Below are positions 30,527-40,084 of a stretch of 64,000 nt of DNA, piece by piece. The stretch lies in the NCBI GenBank assembly GCA_965227515.1, contig CBDDFZ010000002.1, positions 128,001-192,000 of the forward strand, given 5' to 3'. A program made the position numbers and the translations under genes. Numbering within the stretch: position 1 is the first letter of the stretch; the number at the start of each line of letters is the position of its first letter. The notes under the pieces were generated by a model. It searched no databases. It was not told the origin of the DNA and saw nothing but the letters and a program-made list of their open reading frames with translations. The DNA is from Alphaproteobacteria bacterium (GTDB lineage: Bacteria; Pseudomonadota; Alphaproteobacteria; CALKHQ01).

Positions 30527-30915
30527 CGGCGACCGACGCGCCCAACCGCGACTACTGGCGGCTGCGTCCCCGCGCGCCGATGCCGGGCACAGACCTGTGC
30601 GCGGTCGACGAGATCGAGGAGCCCGGCGCGCGCGAGTTCACCTTCGGCCGTGGCACCACTCAGTTTTCCATGTTCGTGGTGCGCGCGAACGGCGGCGTCT
30701 TCGGCTACGTCAACATCTGCCCGCACTACTCGTCGGCCTTGAACGCGCGCGCGAACGCGTTCCTGAACACGGACAAGACGCGCATCCGCTGCACCATGCA
30801 CTTCGCGGAGTTCCGTATCGAGGACGGCTTCGGCGTGGCCGGCGCGGCGGAGAACTGTTGGCTGGACCCGGTCCCGGTGGTCGAACGCGACGGCCGGCTG
30901 ATGATCGGGGATTAG
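30523..30915 (+). CDS. Stand-alone Rieske [2Fe-2S] ferredoxin-like protein
   Basis: CPH and CTMH ligand motifs in 130 aa; ATGA-coupled to the permease. Confidence 0.85.
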   Translation: MTATDAPNRDYWRLRPRAPMPGTDLCAVDEIEEPGAREFTFGRGTTQFSMFVVRANGGVFGYVNICPHYSSALNARANAFLNTDKTRIRCTMHFAEFRIEDGFGVAGAAENCWLDPVPVVERDGRLMIGD

Positions 30916-31943
30916 GTCCCGCGGCTGGGCAGGCGCAGGCGGGCGACCGCCATGCCGAGCGCGATGGCGACGCCCTCGATGACGAGCTGCACCGCCGTGG
31001 ACACGCCCAACATCTGCAGCACCTGGTTGAGATGGACCAGGAATAGCGCGGCGCCGGCGACCGAGATCATGCTGCCGATGCCACCGCTCATGGCGGTGCC
31101 GCCCAGCACGGCGGCTGCGATGGGCGCCAACAGGTACGGTGTGCCGACCTCCAGCGTCGGGTTGCGGATGAACGCCGACAGCAGGATGCCGACGATACCG
31201 TACAGAAGGCCGGCCATCGCATAGGCCGCGATCTGGTAGCCGGCGACGTTGACCCCGACGATGTGGGCGGCGCGCGGGTTGGCGCCCATGGCGCAGAAGC
31301 GCCGGCCGATCACCGACTTGCGCAGGATCAGAGTCATGGCGGCGACCAGCACCACCGCGGCCCAGACCGAGAAGTTGACACCGATCAGCCGCCACTCGCC
31401 CAGGTCGGCCAGCATCGGCGGCACCCGTGCCTCCGGCGGCAGGCCCTGCCGGTACCAGAGGGTCAATCCGCCCACCACCGCACCGATGGCGAGCGTGACG
31501 ATCAGGGCGTTGAGCTGCAGCACGCCGATCAGGAAGCCGTTGACCAGGCCCACCGCCACCGCCAGGGCCAGGGCCGCCAGTACCGCGGTGGCGACGTCGC
31601 TGTCCGCCCCGCCCGACACGCCGAGCAGGACCGTGCTCGACAGCGTGACGATCGCCGGTACCGACAGGTCGATGCCGCGCGCCATCAGCACGATGGCCTG
31701 GCCCATCGAGGCGATGGTCAGGAATGCGGCGAGCGGCAGGACCGCCAGCAGCGACGTGCCGAGCAGGCTGCGCGGCACGAAGATCGCGCTGAGGGCAATC
31801 AGGAGTGCAAGCGCGATCCAGATCGCCGCGAACTGCATCCGGAAGATGCTGCCGGCGGGGATGACATGCTGCTGCGATTGGGTGCGCGCGACCTCCGCCG
31901 ATGTCTCCGATGCGCCGAGGGGCGACTGCACGGCCGCGCCCAC
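30912..31943 (-). CDS. CUT2 (ribose-type) ABC permease
   Basis: GIDLSV; IVTLA; G.N..AA...GV; IAAAVLGG.AM.GG.G. Confidence 0.9.
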   Translation of the reverse strand: MGAAVQSPLGASETSAEVARTQSQQHVIPAGSIFRMQFAAIWIALALLIALSAIFVPRSLLGTSLLAVLPLAAFLTIASMGQAIVLMARGIDLSVPAIVTLSSTVLLGVSGGADSDVATAVLAALALAVAVGLVNGFLIGVLQLNALIVTLAIGAVVGGLTLWYRQGLPPEARVPPMLADLGEWRLIGVNFSVWAAVVLVAAMTLILRKSVIGRRFCAMGANPRAAHIVGVNVAGYQIAAYAMAGLLYGIVGILLSAFIRNPTLEVGTPYLLAPIAAAVLGGTAMSGGIGSMISVAGAALFLVHLNQVLQMLGVSTAVQLVIEGVAIALGMAVARLRLPSRGT

Positions 31944-31944
31944 G

Positions 31945-34500
31945 CTACGCCGTGGCCCTGGCGCGACGAACGCCTGGCCCGCGCAGGCGCCGTACGACGC
32001 GTTTCGCCAGTTGCTCGGCCGGCTTCAGGCCGGAGTACAGGAACACCGCCAGGAGCGTCAGCACACCGCTGGCGATAATGCCGACCGCGGTGTTGAAGCC
32101 CAGGAGCGAGATCACGTTCACCGTCAGGGCGAAGAAGAAGGCGCCGAACAACGCGCCTGAGAACGACCCACGTCCACCTGATAGTGCGGCCCCACCCAGC
32201 ACCGCTGCGGTGATGCTGGACAGCGCATAGGAGCCGCCGGCTGTGGGGTGCCCGACCCCGACCTCTGAGGCGAGGAAGAAGCCTGCCAGCGTCGCGAGCA
32301 GCGACGACAGGATGTAGGCGCGCATATGCACGAAATTGACCGCGACCCCGTTGCGCTTCGCCGCCTGCTCACGGAACCCGACGGCCTTCAGCTTCAGCCC
32401 GCTGCGCGTGCGATGCAGCCAGAAGTCGAACATGACCGCGACCGCGATCAGGAACAGGGCGGAGGTCGGTATGAAGCCGACGCGGTGGCGCAGCGCCCCA
32501 GTGACCGCCTGATGGATCAGGCCGTCGGGGGTCGGGCGGATCATCAGCGCGATGCCCTGCAGCACGCTCAGCATGGCGATGGTCGCGATGACCGGATTGA
32601 CCCGGGCGAAACGCACCATCGAGCCATTGATCGCGCCGACCATCACCCCGAGGGCGAGGCACGCCAGGATGCCGACCACCAGCATCGCCGGCCCGGTCTC
32701 GAACCCGACCAGGAACGAGGCGGTCACCACCGTCAGGCTCATCATGGAGCCGACGGAGACGTCGAACCCGCGCACCAGCAACACGTTGAACTGTGCCATG
32801 GCCACCATCGCCAGCGGCGCGGTTGCCAGAAGAATGTGGCGGATGTTGACCTGGCGCAGGAAGACGTCGCTCTCCGCCATCGCGTAACCGCCGACAGCAA
32901 GCGTCAGCACGAACAGGAAGATCAGCGGCACCCACCAGGTGACGCTGCCCGCCGCCAGCATCGCCATCGCGCGCGAGATGCCCGGGCGCGGTTTCTCCTC
33001 GGTGGCCGCCGTCGTGCGGCCCTGGCGCGCGGTCAGGAACGAGGAGACGATCTTGGACTCCGTCACCTCGTCGCCAGTGAGTTCGCGCACAATGCGTCCG
33101 CGCGAGAAGACCAGCACCCGGTCGCAGACCCCGGCGAGTTCCAGCGCGTCGGACGAGTTGACGACACAGGTGGCGCCATCGCGCACCTTGGCGCGGATCG
33201 CGCGGTAGATATCGAAGCGGGCCCCGGCATCGACGCCTTGGGTCGGCTCGTCGATGAGCACCGCATTGGCGCCGAAGTGGAAGCTGCGCGCCAGCACCGA
33301 TTTCTGCTGGTTGCCGCCGGACAGGCCGTTGATCGCCTGGTCCAGGGTTGCTGTGACGATGCCGTAGTCGGCGATCAGTCCGCGCGCGTCATGGTGCTCG
33401 CGCTGCCGCGAGACCAGCCCTCCGGTGGCATAGTCGCCGAGCTTCTGCAGCGTCATGTTCTCGCGCACGCCGAGCTCGGGGAAAGTGGACTCCTGGCCTC
33501 GGTCTGCGCTGAGGAACAGCACGCCGGCGCGCAGGGCGTCCGCCGGCGCGGCGAGCCCCATGGCGCGGGCACCGCACGACACCTTGCCTGTGGCCTCAAC
33601 CAGGCCCGCCAGCGCCCGCAACACCTCACGCTGGCCGTTGCCTTCCGCCCCGGCGAGACCGACGATCTCGCCCTCCCGCGCGACGAAGGAGACGTCGTGG
33701 AAGCCGGCGCCGGTCAGACCCTCGACACTCAGCACAGGGCGGTCGACCAGTCCCTCGCCCTTCGGCGGATACTCCGCCTCGATCGAGCGGCCGACCATCA
33801 GCGCGATCAGGTCATGCTCCGACAGGGCGTCGGTCACGTCGAAGGTACCACGGCCGACGCCGTCGCGCAGGATCGTCACCCGGTCGGCGAGGTCGAGGAT
33901 TTCCGGCAGGCGATGGCTGACGTAGACGATTGCCGTACCGCGCGCGGCCAACTCGCGCACGATGCCGGAGAGCTTCTCCACGCCCTCGATGTCGAGAGTC
34001 GATGTCGGCTCGTCCAGCAGCAAGACCTTGGGCTCGGCGATCAGCGCCTTGACGATTTCGAGGAACTGCCGGTGCGCCGGCGTCAGGTCGCCGACAAGCG
34101 TGTCGGGGGCGATACTGAGGTCGTAGGCGCCGAGTTGAGCGCGCGCCCATTCATTCATCCGTCGGAACGAGACCTCGCCCGTGGCCGACGCGAGATAGAG
34201 GTTTTGCGCCACGCTCAGTTCGCGCACCAGGCTGTCATCCTGATAGACCGTGGCCAGCCCCAGCGAACGCGCAAGCAACGGATCGGCGGCGCTGAGCGTG
34301 TGCCCGGCGATCTCGACCGAGCCGGCGTCCGCCGTCACCGTGCCGCTGGCAATGCCGAGGAGCGTGCTCTTGCCAGAGCCGTTCTCGCCAAGAATGGCGT
34401 GGATCTCGCCGGCCAGGCATTCCAGGTCCATCCCGTCCAGCGCGTGCACGCCGGGATAGGTCTTGGACACGCCAGCCAGCTTGAGTGCGACGTCAGACAT
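31945..34500 (-). CDS. Fused CUT2 ABC protein: two ATPase domains plus a C-terminal permease
   Basis: One 851-codon frame: GENGSGKST, LLLDEPT, YVSHRL, LSGGNQQK, IDEPTQGVD, then permease motifs FDVSVG, IATIA, AAVLGG..LSGG.G. Confidence 0.88.
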   Translation of the reverse strand: MSDVALKLAGVSKTYPGVHALDGMDLECLAGEIHAILGENGSGKSTLLGIASGTVTADAGSVEIAGHTLSAADPLLARSLGLATVYQDDSLVRELSVAQNLYLASATGEVSFRRMNEWARAQLGAYDLSIAPDTLVGDLTPAHRQFLEIVKALIAEPKVLLLDEPTSTLDIEGVEKLSGIVRELAARGTAIVYVSHRLPEILDLADRVTILRDGVGRGTFDVTDALSEHDLIALMVGRSIEAEYPPKGEGLVDRPVLSVEGLTGAGFHDVSFVAREGEIVGLAGAEGNGQREVLRALAGLVEATGKVSCGARAMGLAAPADALRAGVLFLSADRGQESTFPELGVRENMTLQKLGDYATGGLVSRQREHHDARGLIADYGIVTATLDQAINGLSGGNQQKSVLARSFHFGANAVLIDEPTQGVDAGARFDIYRAIRAKVRDGATCVVNSSDALELAGVCDRVLVFSRGRIVRELTGDEVTESKIVSSFLTARQGRTTAATEEKPRPGISRAMAMLAAGSVTWWVPLIFLFVLTLAVGGYAMAESDVFLRQVNIRHILLATAPLAMVAMAQFNVLLVRGFDVSVGSMMSLTVVTASFLVGFETGPAMLVVGILACLALGVMVGAINGSMVRFARVNPVIATIAMLSVLQGIALMIRPTPDGLIHQAVTGALRHRVGFIPTSALFLIAVAVMFDFWLHRTRSGLKLKAVGFREQAAKRNGVAVNFVHMRAYILSSLLATLAGFFLASEVGVGHPTAGGSYALSSITAAVLGGAALSGGRGSFSGALFGAFFFALTVNVISLLGFNTAVGIIASGVLTLLAVFLYSGLKPAEQLAKRVVRRLRGPGVRRARATA

Positions 34501-34584
34501 CGGATCGACCGCTGTAGGCGGATGCGCGGCGAGCGCCGGTTTCAGCCGACACCCACCGCGCCGCAATCGGGTTCGCGACTGCGC

Positions 34585-35766
34585 TCAACCGCCGAACATC
34601 GCTTGCAGCATCGCGTCGTCGATCAGCGTCGACACCGATGTCTCCTGCGGCAGGTCCGGATTGCACAGGCCCTCGGTGACCTGCTTCATGGAGAACGGCA
34701 CGTCGATGTGCGGGTCTACCTCGCCGCCGGCCAGCGACATCATCGCTGCCGTCAGGGCAAACCGGGACTGATAGTTCTGGCCCGAGGAGTAGTAGATCTT
34801 GAAGTCCGGGTCGCCCGCGGCCTCCCAGTCGCAGAACAGGCCCTGCTCGTCGGTGCGCAGCGCGACAATCATGTCCATGTCGCGATTGGCCGACTGGTAG
34901 GCGCGGACGCCACCGCGGAAGCCGTCGGCATACTCGTACAGATAGGCGTCGACGTCGTCGTATTGGGCCAGGAAGCTGGAGACCGCCTCGAACGTGCCTT
35001 CCTGGGTCCAGTTGGTGTCGGCCACGCCCAGGAGCGTGATGTCGGCATTCGCTTCGATCTCTTCTTCGGCGCAGGCCTGCCAGGTGGCGCTCAGCGGGTT
35101 GCCGGGCGTGCCGCCCAACTCGACCACGTTTGCCGCTCCGTCCGAGTTCTCTGCCACCACATGCACGAACGCACGGCCCAGGCCGCAGATGTCTTCCGCG
35201 ATGTCTGCCAGGTAGTCGCTGCCGGCCTCGCCGCCGACCTGCGTGCCGTTGTGCGCCACGACGACGATGCCTTCCTCGGTCGCCTCTTGCACGGTCGGCA
35301 GCAAAGCGGCGCCGTGATCGGCAAACACCACGATGACATCGACGCCTTGGGCGATGTAGGCGCGCATATCCGCGATCGCCTTCGATGCATCGCCACGCGC
35401 GGAGGTGTAGATGATCCGCCCGACCTCGGGATAGGTCAGCGCCTGCATGATGAATTCCATGGCGGTCACGCGCCGCCAGACGTTCTCGCCGAAGCCATCC
35501 GCATAGGCGACGGTGATCTCGCCCCCGGTGCCGGTGTCGCAGGAATTCTCCTCCCAGCACTGCAGTGCCGTTGCGCGTTGCTCGTCGGTCAGAGCCTGGC
35601 CTGCGCGGTTGAACGATTCCACGATGACCGGATTGACGCCCTCGGTGGTGCCAAGAGCGCGCATCATCAGGTCCTCGGCACTCTCCTGCGCGCTTGCGGC
35701 CCCGGGCAGTGCCACGGCAGCCACGATCGCGGCGATCGTCGTGTTGCGTCGCCAGTCATTCAGCAT
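34585..35766 (-). CDS. RbsB-like ABC substrate-binding protein with an N-terminal extension
   Basis: GGGAGGA RBS; signal peptide ending ASA; YADGFGENVWRR, QGVDVIVVF, LGGTPGNP. Confidence 0.85.
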   Translation of the reverse strand: MLNDWRRNTTIAAIVAAVALPGAASAQESAEDLMMRALGTTEGVNPVIVESFNRAGQALTDEQRATALQCWEENSCDTGTGGEITVAYADGFGENVWRRVTAMEFIMQALTYPEVGRIIYTSARGDASKAIADMRAYIAQGVDVIVVFADHGAALLPTVQEATEEGIVVVAHNGTQVGGEAGSDYLADIAEDICGLGRAFVHVVAENSDGAANVVELGGTPGNPLSATWQACAEEEIEANADITLLGVADTNWTQEGTFEAVSSFLAQYDDVDAYLYEYADGFRGGVRAYQSANRDMDMIVALRTDEQGLFCDWEAAGDPDFKIYYSSGQNYQSRFALTAAMMSLAGGEVDPHIDVPFSMKQVTEGLCNPDLPQETSVSTLIDDAMLQAMFGG

Positions 35767-35830
35767 TGCCATTCCTCCCAGTTGTACGGCGCCCTGTCGC
35801 GCCGCCATTTGCCCGTGTTCAGACGGGTGG

Positions 35831-36292
35831 CTATTTCTCGATCCACGGATAGCGGGCCGTGTCCCCGCCGGCGTAGTCGGGGTCCAGGTAGATGAAGCAG
35901 CGCTGGATCTTGAAGTCGCGGATCTCGAACACGTCGCACCAGTTGCCGGCGCCCCATTCCGGCACGCCCGCGCGCCAGGGGCCGTCATTGTGCTCGCCGT
36001 GGCTGGTGCCCTCGCACACGATCACGTCGCTGCCCGAGAACACCCAGTTGAACAGCGAATAATGGTGCTGGATGCTCTTCAGCGTGCCGCCGACATCGCC
36101 GAACAGCTTGCCGATCTGGTCCTTGCCGGTGGCGATGCCCCATTTCGGGAAATAGACCTGCGCGTCGTCGGCGAACAGGTCCAGGATCGACCCGCCAGTG
36201 GATGTGACGCCGCCGTTGTCGAATGCCTTCAGGTATTCCATCGCGACCGACTTGCGCTGCTCGTCGGTCATCGTCTGGGTGGCCACGGCCAT
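35831..36292 (-). CDS. NTF2/SnoaL-like (ketosteroid-isomerase fold) protein
   Basis: 153 aa; Y..AFD....LDLFADDA.V.FP.....G...I; V.CEG...G; CDVFEIRD.KI.R..IYLD. Confidence 0.82.
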   Translation of the reverse strand: MAVATQTMTDEQRKSVAMEYLKAFDNGGVTSTGGSILDLFADDAQVYFPKWGIATGKDQIGKLFGDVGGTLKSIQHHYSLFNWVFSGSDVIVCEGTSHGEHNDGPWRAGVPEWGAGNWCDVFEIRDFKIQRCFIYLDPDYAGGDTARYPWIEK

Positions 36293-36327
36293 GGTCGCTT
36301 CCTCCTGTCAGTGGTGGGCCGGCTGGC

Positions 36328-37977
36328 TCAGCGCGGCGTTTCGGCATGGGCGGCGTTGGCCGCCAGATAGGCAAAGGCGAGGATCGGACCCAGGGTGGCG
36401 CCACCGGCCCAGTAGGCCCGGGCGGACGCCGATGCGACGCAGTTGCCGACGCCGTAGAGGCCCGGAATGGTCGCACCGCTGGAAGTCATCACCTTGCCGT
36501 CCGGCGTGGTCGCCGGCCCGCCCTTGGTGTCCAGATTGCCGCCGGTCAAAAGGGCCGCGTAGTAAGGCCCCTCGCTCGAGATCGGGTACATGGTGGGGTT
36601 GGGCGCGGCCGGGCTTTCCGCCGCCGGGCCATTGAACAGCAGCTCGACGGGACGCTCGCCGCGATTGAAGTCGTCATCCTTGCCCGCCTCAGCGAACCGA
36701 TTGAAGCGCGCGATGGTGGCGTCCAGGTTCGACGCGAAATCGTCGGCCAATTCCATCCCGCCGATGCGGTGGGACAGGATCTTCACCCGCGCGCGCAGAT
36801 TGTCCGCCAGCGCCGCCAGGGTGTCGCCTTTCACCACATGGCTGTCGTCGGCCAGGTCGCCGACGATGAAGCGCCCGTATTCGTCGCTGGCCGAGTTGTC
36901 CTGCGCGCGTTGATCCCAGATCGCCGCCAGCACAAGGTTGGGGTACTCGCCGCGCGCCGGGTCCCAGGCGAAGAAAGCCTGGGCGGACTCGTTGTAGGCC
37001 AGCTTCTCGTTGGTGCAGCGCCGCCCGTGCTTGTCGACGTAGATCATGCTGTCGCCCGAGGGCGAGAAAGTGCCGATCAGGTCAGGGTCGCCGTTCAGTG
37101 CCTTCTCCAACACGATCGGGCACATCCATGCGTAGTTCATGTTGCGCAGCTCGGCGCCGACAGCCGCGCCGATGTTGACGAAGTCGCCTTCGTTGGTGCG
37201 CGCGGCGCACCCGCCGAGCACCGGCTGAGACAGGAAGTTCTTGCGCATCACCGGGTCGTGGGTGAATCCGCCCGAGGCGAAGATCACCGCCTTGTTGGCA
37301 CGGAAGCTGACGGTCTTGCCGTCGGCGATGTCGGCCTGCAGGCCGATGACAGCGCCACCGGCATTGGTGACGACACGCTGGGCGCGCATGCCGGTGCGGA
37401 TTTCGACGCCCGCCGCGCGCGCCGCCGCCGACATGGTGAGGATCGCGACCTCTCCGCCATCCGACATGGTCTCGCGCGCGTCCTTGGGCAGCAGCACGCG
37501 GCCGTTCGGGGCCTTGTCCTCCGGCAGTTCGGCCCAGTAGTCGGGCACGAAATCGCAGTGGCGATATTCCAGTGCGCCTTTCTCGGCCAGCAACTCGGTC
37601 GCGGTGGAGGCGTTGTCGTAGATCGCCTCGCACATGGCGTATTCCCAGTCGGTCAGGCCGAATTGGCGGTCGTCGGCATCATAGGCCTCCGGCCGCGACA
37701 GGCGCGCCATGTAGCGGATGCAGTCATCCTTGGGGTCTTCGAGCCCCATGGCGCGCATTGCCTTGTTGTTGGGCACCCAGTACCAGAACGCCGCCTTCTT
37801 GGTGGTGCCGCCCAGCTTCGGAGCCTTCTCGATCAGGAGGACGCTGTTGCCGTGCCAGGCCGTGAAGCACGCCGACGCCAGGCCAGCCGCACCGCCGCCG
37901 ACGACAACGATGTCGAAGTGCGCGTCGAAGTCCTGCGTCTGCACCGGTTGCGCCGATGCGCGTGCGATTGCCGCCAT
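36328..37977 (-). CDS. FAD-dependent oxidoreductase, 3-ketosteroid-delta1-dehydrogenase / cyclic ketone desaturase-like
   Basis: VVVGGGAAG, EK...LGGTT, PDYW, ASGGF, NE..AY, TKGG, IPGLY.VGN, YWAGGATLG. Confidence 0.85.
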   Translation of the reverse strand: MAAIARASAQPVQTQDFDAHFDIVVVGGGAAGLASACFTAWHGNSVLLIEKAPKLGGTTKKAAFWYWVPNNKAMRAMGLEDPKDDCIRYMARLSRPEAYDADDRQFGLTDWEYAMCEAIYDNASTATELLAEKGALEYRHCDFVPDYWAELPEDKAPNGRVLLPKDARETMSDGGEVAILTMSAAARAAGVEIRTGMRAQRVVTNAGGAVIGLQADIADGKTVSFRANKAVIFASGGFTHDPVMRKNFLSQPVLGGCAARTNEGDFVNIGAAVGAELRNMNYAWMCPIVLEKALNGDPDLIGTFSPSGDSMIYVDKHGRRCTNEKLAYNESAQAFFAWDPARGEYPNLVLAAIWDQRAQDNSASDEYGRFIVGDLADDSHVVKGDTLAALADNLRARVKILSHRIGGMELADDFASNLDATIARFNRFAEAGKDDDFNRGERPVELLFNGPAAESPAAPNPTMYPISSEGPYYAALLTGGNLDTKGGPATTPDGKVMTSSGATIPGLYGVGNCVASASARAYWAGGATLGPILAFAYLAANAAHAETPR

Positions 37978-38247
37978 TGTGCGTGCCCCTGTTTCGGTGA
38001 CCGCCTTGCGGCGATCCGACCGTTCAGTGGGCTACGGCAATGGCCGCTGCCGGTCTTACAGATTTCGTCGTTTACAGATTTTGCGCGCACGCAATCGTGG
38101 GCCAGGCACGTCGAGTGTGCAGGGGTGCTTCAACAATAGGCGTCGTTGTATTCGACTCGAAATCGACATACGCTGACGCGTGTTTTGACTGCCATAGCCG
38201 CACGTGAACAGCAGAACATAAGGGCGGCCGTGGATGGGGGAGGAACG

Positions 38248-39114
38248 ATGGGAGGCATCGCACGTTCTCCGGCAAACGCGGAATACGCGGGCCTGACACA
38301 GTTTCCAGTGACCGGAAATCTGAACGGCATGTCGTACTGCATCTCGCACGACCGGCCGTATGCGCTTGACCTCGACACGGACCGCGACGTCGTCTGCCTT
38401 CTGTTGGGCGACATCCAATCGGTGTCGTGTTTCGAAGGCGACCGCGAGGCGGAGTTCACCTTCTTCGGGGACAGCGCCGCCATTCATCCGCGCGAAGGCC
38501 ACATCCGCGTGCGAGCGTCGGAAGTCAGGCACGGGTTCATTGCGTTCGGCTACCAGCGCGGCTTTGAGGAAACGGCGGATCACGGCGACAGCGTCGGCCG
38601 GAAGATCACGCATTCCTGCAACAACATGCAGAACCAGCAGATCCAGCACCTGGCGCGATATGCGCGCAGCCGGTGCCGTTCCGGTCGGGCTTTCGAACTC
38701 CTGGAGCTGCAATGCCTGGGGTCGTTGGTCTACCTGGAGGCCACGCAGCAGGCCTGTCAGGTGCCGGAGCCGCGGCCGGAGCACCTCTCCGACCGTGCCT
38801 TCGACCGCATCGTCGAGTACGTCGACGATCGGCTGGACGGCCCGATCGCGTGCCCTGACCTGGCGCTGGCAGTCGACCTGCCGATGCGCGTCGTGTTTCA
38901 GGGCATCAGGTCGCGCACGGGCAAGACGCCCTACCGCTTTATCCTCGACAAGCGGACCGCCCGGGCGGAGGATCTGCTGATCAACACCGCACTGCCGATT
39001 GCCGAGATTGCGTACGCCTGCGGCTTCTCCTCCCAGCAGCACCTCACCTCTACCCTGACCCGGACGATCGGCCAGTCGCCGAGTGCCATTCGGCGCCGCC
39101 CGTCTCGCGCTTGA
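38248..39114 (+). CDS. AraC-family transcriptional regulator
   Basis: GGAGG RBS; C-terminal G.TPYRFI...R...A..LL.....IAEIAYACGFSSQQHLT...IG.SP..IR; divergent from the flavoprotein gene. Confidence 0.88.
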   Translation: MGGIARSPANAEYAGLTQFPVTGNLNGMSYCISHDRPYALDLDTDRDVVCLLLGDIQSVSCFEGDREAEFTFFGDSAAIHPREGHIRVRASEVRHGFIAFGYQRGFEETADHGDSVGRKITHSCNNMQNQQIQHLARYARSRCRSGRAFELLELQCLGSLVYLEATQQACQVPEPRPEHLSDRAFDRIVEYVDDRLDGPIACPDLALAVDLPMRVVFQGIRSRTGKTPYRFILDKRTARAEDLLINTALPIAEIAYACGFSSQQHLTSTLTRTIGQSPSAIRRRPSRA

Positions 39115-39304
39115 AACGCTGTGCTCGCGGCTGCCGCGATCGCTTCCTAATTTGATCTTGCAAAGTGCATCCGCGGACTGCAGCGGTTGTCAACGATCCG
39201 CCGAGATATGCCGACTCACGTGGTCGATTTGAGCGCCCAGCCGCGTCAATTGGGCAGCCCGCCTCTGGCTTGGATGAGCAAGTGCCGATGGTTTATTCAT
39301 GGTC

Positions 39305-39817
39305 GGCGGCGAGGCGATCGGTCCCGACATCAAGCTGCTGCTCGATGCCAACAATTGCTGGGACGCGGCGACTGCGGTGCAGGTGGCGAACCGGGTGCGG
39401 GAGTTCGATATCTTTCTGTTCGAGGAGCCGGTCTTCGCCGACGACATTCCGGGGCTGGCGCGCTTCAAGCGCGGGACGGACATCCCGCTGGGAACGGGCG
39501 AGCACGAGTACACGCGCTATGGTCTGCGCGACCTGCTGCTGCACGAGGCGGTCGACGTCGTCCAGCTCGACGGTGCGCGCGCCGGCGGCTACACCGAGAT
39601 GCTGAAATGCGCCGCCCTGGCGCAGGCCTGGAACAAGACGCTGGCGCCGCACGCGATGGAGTACGTCCACCGCAGCTTCGCGGCGGCGGTGGAGAACGTC
39701 ATCTCGCTGGAGCGGCTGCGGATCTTCGAGCCGGTCACGATGCACCTGTTCAAGAACGCGACCGCGCCGGAGGACGGCTTCATGGAGGTGCCCGAATTAC
39801 ATAGTTTCGCCGGCTAG
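39305..39817 (+). pseudogene. Mandelate racemase/muconate lactonizing enzyme (enolase superfamily) fragment
   Basis: Barrel motifs LLLDAN, FEEP, TGE and APH present; N-terminal capping domain and final PGLG segment missing. Confidence 0.8.
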
Positions 39818-40084
39818 TGATGGTTCAATGCAATCGGCGGAAAGGCTAGAGATACCAATAGGTGGATTCTAGTGTTCTGCGGCATGTCTAACGAACTGGA
39901 CACCATTGGTCACCGTCAGCGCCAACAGGCGGACGTCTATGCGTCCGAATACTGACTTGCCGCAACAGAACCGACTGTCCTACGCTACGTCATGATTGCA
40001 CCCACGACCAGGGCTAGGCCCTCGCAACCGGGCCTAGCAGTTCGATCCATGCCGGTTCCTGGTAAACCCCTGTGATATGCTGGC

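Noticed and set aside
32326-35895. 1189-aa plus-strand ORF
   Set aside because: Antisense shadow of the ABC genes with no recognisable motifs; long stop-free reverse frames are expected at this GC3
39188-39240. TGTCAACG... as a possible IS21-family end
   Set aside because: No matching opposite end, no internal repeats and no istA/istB sequence recognised
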